Of a DNA stretch of 64,000 nucleotides, positions 42,950 to 54,200 are shown one piece after another (the first letter of the stretch is position 1; every line of letters starts with the position of its first letter). The stretch spans positions 2,914,001 to 2,978,000 of the forward strand of contig NEEC01000013.1 of assembly GCA_002189035.1 (NCBI GenBank), written 5' to 3'. Origin of the DNA: Utricularia gibba. Its lineage: Eukaryota; Plantae; Magnoliophyta. The translations under genes were made by a program, and so were the position numbers. Under the pieces are notes generated by a model. It ran no database searches, was not told where the DNA came from, and worked only from the letters and a program-made list of their open reading frames with translations.

Positions 42950-43560
42950 TTGGGCATCTCCGAATCAGAATATTTGCATAAAAGCCATTGAGACAGCGAT
43001 ATCATTTGATGTTTTTGCACTGTCATCGCCACCGAGGCTGCAGAATGATCTAGACATTGAAACAACGCCCAGTGGATCATTTTCAGAGACCCCAAGCCTC
43101 GGTTTTCACATCAAAGGATTCATTCTGCATCTTTCTCGACTTTGATGTCCTTTCTCCTCCTGAGAAGCCTCCCAACTACCCAGAAGCCATTGTGTTCAGT
43201 TGCTTCCTTATAGCTGCTGCTGCTGCTTCCCCTGAGGCACTCGATTTGTGTTGGTTTTCCTTCTCTTATCCTCGATTTGACACAGGGTAATGCACTGCTT
43301 TGTTGGGATTCATTCATGTTGTTTCCAAGCAAGAACGAACTTCTTCCAACTTCCAAAGAGGAGCAAGAACAAGAAGAGTGCCTTTTCTCTCCGCAGTGGG
43401 AGCAAACTAGCTTCAAAAGCCTTTCTTCAAGGCAGAAAGGGCAAATACCCACAGAAGATGACTTCTGATGCTTCCTGCATTGAGATCCCGAATCACAAGG
43501 AAAGTTCAACTTGGAAAATTCTTTACTGCAGACCTCCAGAGCTTTGCCTTTCTCTTTCAT
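42950..43560 (-). pseudogene. Disrupted gene for a protein with a DUF740/OCTOPUS-like N-terminal Cys/His motif
   Basis: MKEKGK..CRKH..VGICPFCLEERLLKLVCSHCGEKRHSSCSCS..NGFWVVGRLL stops at 43120. Family-like sequence FDVKTEAW..GVVSMSRSFCS continues in another frame with an internal TGA at 43083-43085. Confidence 0.6.
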
Positions 43561-44481
43561 GTCTCCCCTTGGTTCTTCCAACTGATCACAAGACAAAAAA
43601 TTATTCAGAATACAGGGAATTAGGGACTTAAGAGGGAAACGAAACTCGCCGTGTGAAAAAGATCATGAAGATGGATCCAAGAATCACATGGTTTTGATTG
43701 TGAAAGGATTTTGCTTCAACAATGAAAGATGGAACAACGCGTGGTGTTCTGTGTTCACACTTCCTTTGCAGGATAAGATTAGCTTCTCCATTTGCTAACA
43801 CGCAACAATCCACTAATGAATGTGCTCCTCCAATGGAGTGGACAGATAAGCATGCAAATATTGAAGTGACTGAAAATTCATAGGAAACACTCACAGCCAA
43901 GTAAAGGTGTGAACTTTGCTCAAAAGATTTTCCTCAAGATCATGTGGAGGATGACCCATTTCTTTCTTGTCCTCTTTAATTTCATCACTTTCCAAACTTC
44001 CCACCACAAACGCCACAAATGACGTGATCATGTTCCTCTATTATCCTTAAATTATTGTGTGTCCCACTTCCTCACTCAGCTTGGGTAACTGGATTTCGCG
44101 TCGAATGAACAGACGCCTCGTAGAACTATCTCCGGAGTATTAACTGAAAACCAGAGCAAGATAGCCAATGGTTTCGTAGGTTTCACGAATGCTTTCGCAT
44201 TCTAGAAGTTACAGACTCAACCAACCAACAGGATGGACCCAGACCCCACAAACAATACAAGAAATTTACACCTCAAGCTATGTAATGATCGAACTACCTT
44301 GACCGATTGTTAGAAAATCGACTAGAAAACAAACTAAGTCCGTCCCAGAACATTCAAGATTCAACCTTGTCAGATATTTGGCCATCCCAAAAGAACCCCA
44401 GATTCGCTAATCGAGAAGAATGATCAAAACCAGAGGAGCCAAACTCCATTCAACATGAGCCTCGAGAGGCCGGAAAGGCGA

Positions 44482-44757
44482 TCAAGAGATCTCCTTCACA
44501 TTAATCCAGAAAGCGATGGAGCAGAGAATGGAAGCAATTAGAGCAAATAGCGCCAGCCCGAACATCAGCGAAATCGAGGCCACTATAAAATCCAACAGGC
44601 CCTGCAAGCTCACTCCTATCAGCATCGCCATTCTTCTCCTCTCTTGGCGGTTTCGATTCCTCGCGAATTCAGACAAAACCGTCTCAAAATCAGGACTTTT
44701 CTCTGGATATAGATGAACCGCCTCGAGGAGAACGACGATCGCGAGGGACGGGCCCAT
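44482..44757 (-). CDS. Small uncharacterised membrane protein (91 aa; shorter if initiated at internal ATGs)
   Basis: Intronless ATG ORF with long hydrophobic C-terminus LLDFIVASISLMFGLALFALIASILCSIAFW; site II-like GGGCCCAT and TGGGCC motifs immediately upstream. Confidence 0.7.
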   Translation of the reverse strand: MGPSLAIVVLLEAVHLYPEKSPDFETVLSEFARNRNRQERRRMAMLIGVSLQGLLDFIVASISLMFGLALFALIASILCSIAFWINVKEIS

Positions 44758-45253
44758 GTTTCTAATTACTGGGCCGACCTTTTATTCTGAAAGCGTTATT
44801 ATGTTAATCACGCATTAATGGTTAATTAACAGTATAATAGTTTCCTAATTTAAGCCGATTAGATCTCTATATACGCACCTACGAGAACACTGGTCGTCGA
44901 TGATCTGTGTGGCTTGCCAGGTAGTGTGTTTCTCCGACCAGCGGATTCTGCTGTAGCTACCGGTGGAGTAGGTGCCGGAGGGCAATCATGTGTCAATGAA
45001 CCGATCGATTCGTTGAAGATGGCGAGTAAGTTTTGCCGGGGGCATTCATGGTGAATTCCCCTTTGCATGGTGTGTAAGAGCAACCGAGGTTTCCCATGTT
45101 GGTTTAAAAGCTCAAATTTCTGATCTGTATTTGAGTTCGTGATTTGTGTTTACTGGAGATCTTGCGTATGGTTTGGTTTCTGGAATTTGAGGCTGATGAA
45201 GCTGATGGTCTTGCTTGCCGGAGCGGGAGGCTCGTAGATTGCGTGTGCCGCAC

Positions 45254-47980
45254 TCAGGGGCTAGCCTGACCGATGCCTGCACGAGCCAATCGAAGGTGAG
45301 ATGAAATAGTTTCGTTTCCTTCAAACCAAATGCCTTACCTGAAGTCAATCTCCTGGCTCTTGCCACCATCTCTGATATTGGTTCCTTTATTTCCACGATG
45401 ACAGCATCCGCCATCAGAACAACCTTTGCAACCGATGCTGCATGCTCCAACGAGCATCTAACCACCTAATGTCGGGCACAGATGCTGTTCAGCAGTTGTA
45501 TTTCAACACACCCGAAAACTTGAGGATTACAGAGAATTTCACCTTTGCTGGATCAAGGATCCCTGCATCCATCAGATCTTCATATCGACCTTTTGCTGCA
45601 TTGTATCCGTATCTTTCGTCATCGGATGAAAGAATCTGTAGAGCATGAGAACTGATGAAGAGCAATGGTGATGTAAGACTTGAGATCTAGAAATTGTCGA
45701 CGATGACCTTCTCTATTACTACATTCCCATTGGCACCAGCATTTTCAGCTATCCGTCTTACAGGGTATGCCAACGCTCTTCTCAAGATATCTGCTCCTAT
45801 CTTCAAATCGATGGAGAGTCAAGGGAAGAAGGAAACAAAGGTCACTAAAGGTGCTGCATTTGAGAGGTGATCACCTTTTGCTCTTCGTTTTCCAAATTGT
45901 GTTTAATGGAGTCAATCCTTGTGGACAGCCTTAAGAGGCAGCAGCCACCGCCAACGACGATACCTTCCTCGAGAGCTGCCTGATACAAACTGGCAGCACT
46001 TAGTAAGAAGCAGCAGCTGGTTTCTGAAACAGAGTGAAGAACAATCTACCTTGGTTGCGTTTAGTGCATCTTCTACTCTAAGTTGTTTATCCTTCAACTC
46101 AACTACAGTTTGCGCTCCAACCTACCAAGTGAGTTAGTAAGGTGATTTAGAATTGACAAGTATTAGAAGACGAGTGAGGGGAGATACACTTTACCTGAAT
46201 GAATGCTATACCACCTGACAACCGGGCTATACGCTCATTCAAAATTTTTTTTTGAAACTTCTCCTGTGTGTTCTGTTGAAACAGGGGAAAAGCATGAGGT
46301 TCAATATCATACAAGGAACTTCAAATCTCCATACCTCAACAAGCCTCTCAAGCTGAGACACTCTAGCCTGAACAGCCTCCCGAGTGCTTCCATCAGTAAC
46401 TATGAGCGTGGAGTCCTTTGTGATCACGACTTTAGAGGCAGATCCCAGCATACCCTTGTGTGCATTTTCAAGGCGCAATCCCATCTCATCCCTTATAACA
46501 GTTCCTGAAGGAGATTATAAAGCATGCAAAATGGGAAGCGGATCACATCGAAGCCTTGAATTGAGAAGTCTCATGCATTCTTGGTCATTCATGGATCGCA
46601 TTACCTCCTGTCAAGATGGAGATATCATCCAAACAGTGACTTTTACGCTCTCCAAACGAAGGAGCTTTGATCGCCACTGCCTTCAGTACACCCCGGAGCT
46701 TGTTTCGGATTATTGGAGCCAGAGCAGCCTGCTCGATTTCTTCTGCAACAATAAGAACAGGGTACTTTTCTTTTACAGCATTGTCCAGTATCTTGAACAT
46801 GGCCTGAGGATTCGATATCTTTTTGTCCACCAACAACACCTGCGTTCTTCAAGAACGTGGATCCCGGGTTCTAAATGTATAAGAGAACAGAAGATCATAG
46901 TCATACCTTGCAGTTATGATACTCCACCATCATTTGTCGTCTGTCTGTGACAAAATGGGGTGATAAGTATCCTCGATCAAATTTCATCCCCTCTGCAATA
47001 TGTAGCTGGTTCGCTATGCAATTCCCTTTTTGGATGGTGACAACACCCTGTCTCCCAGCCTTCTTAAGAGCATCAGAAATCATGTTTCCTATATCATAGT
47101 CATTTCCTGCGCTGACAGCTGCAACATCTGCAAGTTCATGTTCCTCTGCCTGAAAGGTTCACATAGTTCAAACATCTCTTTAGTTTTAAAAGTTTAAAGC
47201 AAAAGAACTTCTCAGGCACCTCTCTGGACATGAGTTTAAGTTCAGAAACAAGAGCTCTAGTGGTTTTCTCGATTCCTCGAGAGACTTGAACCGGGTTCAA
47301 ACCTGCAGCAACAACCTAACACAAAGTATAATGAGCCCTCTCCTCCTACTCCGTTGTGGAAAACACAGTTTAAATTTGAACATTCGAAAGGTTTAACCTT
47401 TACACCCTCTGCAATGAGGCCCTGAGCAAGGACAATAGATGTTGTGCAGCCATCACCAGCAAGATCGTTTGTTCTTGCCCCAGCTTGCCTCACCAATTTC
47501 ACTCCCACATTTTCAACTGGATCATCCAGTTCAATCTTTACTAGAAAGGCGTAACAGGCTCAATCAACACTATAAAATACAGAAGGAAATGTGGATGCAG
47601 TCATATTGAAAATTAAGTCATGAAAATGCAAAAGAACCTGCTTGAGGACAGTTTCTCCATCATTGACAATCTTCGGTGGTCCATATTTGTTTTGCAGTAG
47701 CACATTTCTGCCTTTAGGTCCCAAAGTCACTCCAATTACCTCAGTAACCTTATTAATCCCCGCCTGCAGAAACAAAAAAGAACATCCATTTTTGTTAGAA
47801 TTTCAGCTTCCCAGTAACTTGAAAGACCAAGAATGGTGTCACCAGAAGCTTCTCCGTGGCTGAACCATCGTGATTGAAGTACAGTTCTTTAGCAACAGCC
47901 TTGACATTCAGCTTGGAAATGGAAATTTTTTTGGAAAATTTGGTGGGAAGCGCTGGTAATGGCTTCATAAAGCATTCCAT
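45254..47980 (-). CDS. CPN60B4: Chloroplast chaperonin 60 beta-4 subunit (GroEL family), intact, 14 exons
   Basis: Transit peptide then [70 protein letters not shown]; ends LTSGIGQASP. All junctions are GT-AG and in frame; these residues match the divergent beta-4 type. Confidence 0.93.
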
Positions 47981-48201
47981 TGTTGGGTTTTCAGCGCTTC
48001 GAAAATTACAACTTCGGCCGTTGAAGACCCATCTCCACAGGATAAGGAAAATATAATCTTTGTGCGGAAGAAATATCTTTTTTTGCCAGCGCTGTAACAC
48101 TGTAAAAGAAGTGCGAGAATGGCGGCTCTTTACCGCTTGTTTCTGCGTTAATATACGCCTATGCTTTGCTTTCATCCATTCGTTCTATCCGAACACTATA
48201 G
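47981..48201. promoter_or_regulatory. Putative bidirectional promoter between CPN60B4 and PHYLLO
   Basis: Only 221 nt between the two divergent ATGs; contains I-box GATAAG (48041-48046) and evening-element-like AAATATCT (48071-48078). Confidence 0.75.
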
Positions 48202-51200
48202 ATGATGGTTCTCTTAGCTATACACTCTCCGATTGGGGTACCATACTTTCCTTCATCTCTTCAGACCCAGCCAAGGACCATCATTAGAATCAGCACTAAT
48301 ACCCAGTTCAACAGACCAACATTTCCTTGCTTCGCCAGCGTTAGTGACCGGCAAGAACCAAAGGTGCCACTGAGCCTCAATTTGAAAATGCAGCTTGTTT
48401 ATCTTTGTGGGTTTCGCTTATTTGCAATGGCGTGTTTGTGATTTTGAAGGTTGTCGAGAGCTCAACGGAAAAAGGGGGCATTGTCGATGCTAAGGATGCG
48501 GCATTGCTGATCAACACTTGCATTACGCGGAATTTCCCCCCAGTGTTGAATCTACTACATGGTTTGGATAGGATTAAAGAGGCCGTGGAGGAGCTCAAGG
48601 GTAATCCTTCCCCTTGCTCCAGTGGAATGTATAGATTTCAGGTAATGCACGTAAATTTACTGTCTTCGTTGATAGTGCAACTATATACCTTTTTTTCTCA
48701 TGGAAGATTTTTTTTTATTATTATGCTTTCGTCAATAGTTAAGAAAATCAAAACCCGAAGGTCATATTTACGATCCGACTCTCTCACGTCGACCTTGGCA
48801 GATTGAACACACTCAATACCTTCAACCAAATCCTTTCTGTGCATTGCTGATATGGAATTCAATATGAAAATTTGCGGCGCATATAAAAAAGAAAAAGAAC
48901 AACTAACTTCGTACAAACATTTGGGTACTTATCTGGAGATGACACTTTTCAGATGCTTTTTATGTGGCTGCATATGCATATTGCATGTTAATTTCTATTT
49001 TGAAATGTGTAGCATCATGTGATGTTTATGATGTGGTTATTTATTTATTTCTTTTTGTAGCTTGCAGTGCCTCCATGTGCAAAAGCTTTGAACTGGTTTT
49101 GCTCTCAGTTGGAACCATCGAATGTCTATCCTATATTCTTTCTGTCGGGTGATACTGGAAATCCATCATACAAATCTCTCTCTCTGGGAGGAACCAAGGG
49201 TGTTTTTGGAATTGGCTCTGCTATTACATTTGAGGGACATTCAAGTTACACTTTCGAAAATCATGCTACTTCTCAGAGGTACTTTCATACTTTTGTTGTT
49301 CTTATATCCTAACCGTGCTCTAGTTAGACATTGGAATCATGAAATTAAAATTGGTTCAATTTAGAGGGACTTTCTAAGAGTATAATAAGTTTTCGATGTA
49401 GTAGGTTTATGTAAATTTTTCCAGATATGTCCAGCAGAATCAACCTTTACAGAGCTTATGGATTCCTGGATCTCAAGTTAGACACAAAATTGTCTAGTAT
49501 GAAGCATCAGATTGGTTCATTCCACCTTTTCATTCCTCAGGTATGTAATACTGCCTTTCATGGTGATGCTTTATTCCTGAAAAAAAAAATTGATGAAGTT
49601 GTACTTGCAATCATTCTTCATTTTAAATATTCTGACTGGGATCTTGAGAAGCCTGCCACTGTTGTGGCATGCATTCTACTAACACTTTAAAGAGGTCGTT
49701 TCAACAGATTGAATTGAATGAATATGAAGATATTTCTTTCTTGATTGCCACATTGGCATGGGATGACTCTTCTTTGGGCACCTTTTTTGATGTTGTGCAA
49801 TCCTTTGATCTCACTTTCGGCCAGGTAATACAGAATGCTGATTTCTATCCTGATTTTTTTCAAGCTTTTTTTCTAAAAGTGGGCATAGGTGGATGGCCAT
49901 GTGATTAGGGTATGAATGGTGAGGTTATGGTTTAATTTCCATCAGGAAATGCCATGGATTCCTGCTCTTGGAAGAAAAAGGGCCTCCGATGAATCTTTTA
50001 TGACATTTTCTTAAGTATCTAAAACAAGTCCAAATCTTTTCCTCGCTATTTCTGCCCATGACATTAGTGAAAAGTTGTTTAAAAATTCAACTTTTGGTCT
50101 TTTCTAACGTTCAAACTCTTGACCTAGAGGACGTCTGCATATTGTCAAGTTACAGGTGAATTTCCTACTCTTACTTCATTTTCTGCAGGCCAGATACTCT
50201 TTTCTATCTGCGTCCCAAGCAATTCATTCATTGCTGTCCAGTTTTAACAAAGCAAAGGAGCTTGGACACATGGTAAAGGCAATACACTATATGTTTTGTT
50301 GATAAAATATAAGGCTACTAGTTTTCCTTTCCCTCATTCTAGCATTTCAGTAGGTCTTTAGCCAGTTTCCTTCTTTCAATCCATGGGAAAAAGTGTTGTT
50401 TTTTCTGCTTGTATCAAATGTCTCAATCCTTTTTCCTGACTGCTTTACATGGGATTCACCTCTTGCAGGTATCTGCAAATGCTCTATTCCTAGATGAGAC
50501 TCAATCTAACCCCTGCAGTCTGGAACTGGTATTTTCTTTATAGAGATTTTTCTTACCTATGGTTGCAATTTAATGTTCTGTCTCAATGAGATGTATTAAA
50601 ATGTATTAACATTACATTTCTGATTTTTTCAGGATTATCCTTTGTCTCGATGCAGTCAGTTCTATGCTAAGCTTTCACCAGCTTTTGCACTGGCAAAAAA
50701 CATGGTCTGCAAGAGTTGTGTGTGATTGATGGTCACATTTAATTTATTGAAAGTTCCCACTAAAATATCTTGTCTACTTTCTGTTTCCTTATTAGCATTT
50801 GGAAAAGGAGGTAAATCAGGAGGCTCATTTCCCTCAAGCTTGCCCCAATATCAATCTACTTTGGGCATCACTTATTGTTGAAGAGTGCACACGCCTTGGA
50901 TTGACGGTTAGACTCACTTTCAGAATCTCCCAGGGTTCCTTTTTTCTTATATTTCACTAATTATTTTTTATTTAGTATTTTTGTATAGCTCCTGGGTCAA
51001 GATCATCTCCATTGACCCTAGCAGCTGCTAGCCACCCTCTTGTGTCTTGCATTGCATGCATCGATGAACGTTCCCTAGCATTTCATGCTCTTGGTTATGC
51101 CAAGGGCTCTAATAAACCAGCTGTTGTAATAACATCATCAGGAACTGCTGTTTCAAATCTTTTTCCTGCTGTAAGTATTCAACTGCAAGACTGGAGCTGT

Positions 51201-54200
51201 ATCTTTTTGTTATTCTAGAATGTACTCTTGAATTAGTTTCCTTCTATTCATTGAAGTTTTCACTTGCCCCAAATCCTTCTGATACACAAGGTTGTTGAAG
51301 CGAGCGAAAGTTTTGTGCCAATGATTTTGCTTACAGCAGATCGTCCTCCTGAGCTGATAGATGTTGGGGCAAACCAGGCAATCAATCAGGTTTGATATCT
51401 GAAGTTGGTCTACTAGAATACTATCATTTTCTTTGTTTATGGATGAAGTTATCACATATATATCCTTCTTTCAGGTTAGTCATTATGGAGTATTTGTGAA
51501 GCACTTTTTCAACCTCCCTCCTCCTACAGACAGCATTTTGGCAAGAATGATTCTTACAACTATCGACTCTGCAGTATTCAAAGCAACATCTTCTCCTTGT
51601 GGTCCTATACATATAAATTGTCCTTTCCGGGAACCACTAGATAAAATTTCCAGAAATTGGAATCATGAATGTCTAAGTGGCTTAGATTCGTGGATATCAG
51701 ATGCTGGGCCATTTACGAACTATATTCCGTTACAACAATCATTGGCATCCAGCAACATCAGTGAAAGTATGAGTCAAGTTCTTAACCTAATTCAAGGGGC
51801 AAATTGTGGGATCTTGGTGTTTGTTTCTATCTCCAAGGAAGATGATGTATGGGCAGCACTGTTGCTGGCCAAGCATTTGCAGTGGCCAGTTGCTGTTGAT
51901 ATCCAATCTGGTTTACGTCTGAGAAAGTATCTTTCATCCTTCCTTGGAAGCAAGGACATTTTGTTCATAGATCAGCTTGATCAACTTTTACTCTCAGATT
52001 CTATCAAGGCATGGATGAAGGCTGATGTCATAGTGCAGGTAAAAATTGCTTCTTTATCCTAAGATGCTTTAAGAATAGATTTATTGGTTGTTGTTCAGAT
52101 GGATGACTGCGAATACCCATTTTTTCCTGATTCTGTGTTTAAAGATTGGAAGTCGGATAACTGGAAGACGGATTTCTCAGATGATAGAGGATTGCTTTCC
52201 TTGCTCATATGTATTAGTTGATGATCATCCAGGTCGTCATGATCCTTCCCACATCATGACTCACAGGATCATAGGACCGATAGATCAATTTTGTGATATT
52301 GTTATGCGTTGTTGCACTCCAAGTGCAAGCATAAAATGGAGAAAAACTTTAAGAGCATTGGACATGGCGGTATGCCATTATACTGTTTTTTCTTCTTTTT
52401 TCAGAAGCATAATTCATTGACATCCTGTTTTTATTTTTTAGGCTGCATGGGAGACATCATTGTGTATTGTTTCAGAACAATCACTCTCTGAGCCACTTGT
52501 CGCAAGGAAAATATTTGAAACCCTTTCATGTGGTTCTGCAATTTTTTTCGGAAACAGCATGCCTATACGTGATGCTGACATGTATGGCACTAACTGGGTG
52601 CAGTGTGCTCATGGTCCTTCCATGCTGTATAACTCTGGTTTAGAGTGCCACTTTGTGCAGGTTGCTGGGAATAGAGGCGCTAGTGGTATTGATGGCTTGA
52701 TCAGTACAGCTATTGGCTTTGCTGTTGGATGCAACAAACGAGTAAGAAACAAATACTTTCATTATTTACCTGGGGTTCAACTTTAAAATGAATCTTATTT
52801 TCTTGAAAAAATGATGCGGATATTTTAGATGTCAAATCAACTGCAAAGGTTGTTTGTCGTGTACTAAGCTTTGTTTCAAACCAAGTTATGATACAGATTC
52901 CCTATTCATCTTTGAATGACATTAGGTGGTTCTGGTAGTGGGAGATGTTTCATTTCTCCATGATACCAATGGACTTGCGCTACTCACACAAAGGTTTAAT
53001 GATATATCATGCTATGTTATCGGCTTCATTGCATTTTGATTTTCCAAGAATTGGGCTTTAATTATGCATTGTTTTCTGGAAAAGGACACGGCGGAAGCCG
53101 ATAGTCATGCTTGTGCTCAACAATCATGGAGGAGCCATCTTTAGCCAACTACCAGTTGCAAAAACAACAAAACGAAGCACAATGGACCATCTTTTCTATA
53201 CATCCCACAATACTTCAATACATAATCTCTGTCTCGCACATGGGTAAGAATGAAGCTCCTTTCCTTTCATTTCAAATGTAGCATGGAGAAATTGCTGTGA
53301 TCTAAGTAAAGATATTGGATGTGAAGTGTGAAGCATGTAGCTGTGCAATCAAAAATGCAGTTGGAACATGCATTGCTCATGTCTCAGAAAGCAGATACAG
53401 ATTGGGTTGTCGAAGTTGAAAGCAGTATTGATAGCAACTCTTGTTTTCATAGGTAACCATGAACAAGCTCTCATTTCAACTCCAAACATTCATTGTTTTG
53501 CATCTTGGGTGGTTCGCTTATATATTCTGTGTGGTTTTCTGTAGTACACTGAGAAATTTGGCTCAACAAGCATCGAGTAATGCTTTAAATATACTCTCAA
53601 GGCTTTCACAGGATGATGGTGATTACAGAATTGCTAAAGTGGAATACTCTCTATACCGGTAAGCTTCATGTCAAGTTTAAAAAATAAGATTTTTCAGTGG
53701 TTCATTTCACTTTTCCTACCTGTGGTAGTGTGCAGTTAAATGCTCCACCTACTACAGTTTCAGGGAATTTTGATGCAGTCACACCCTATAGAGAAGGCAT
53801 CGTCATAAGTTTGTTTTTGAATGATGGGGTTGTGGGATTTGGTGAGGTATATAACTCAGATACTCTGCATTTAACTTATGGTTTGGCAGGGTGCTTTATG
53901 TTACCTTACCACGAACCTTTTTGATCTATGTTAAGGTCGCTCCTCTTGAAATCCACAAAGAGAAGCTTATTGATGTTGAAGAACAACTCCGTTTTATTAT
54001 TCATGCTATGGAAGGAAAAACAATCAGTAATGCCATACCTCTATTGAAGTCTTCTGTTTCATTTTGGATATGGAACACCCTAGGTGTACTGGTAGGTCTC
54101 TGCTCTAACAACCTGATGATTTTTTTTATGTTTACTCTATGTGCTTGGGTGCTTCAGTTTTTCCATCATACTGCAGCCACATACAATTTTTCCAAGTTTG

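Noticed and set aside
53280-53300. Stronger-looking upstream acceptor in PHYLLO that would truncate the protein near the end of MenD
   Set aside because: It would define a 38-nt intron from the donor at 53244, below normal plant intron size; the acceptor at 53326 gives 83 nt and keeps frame.
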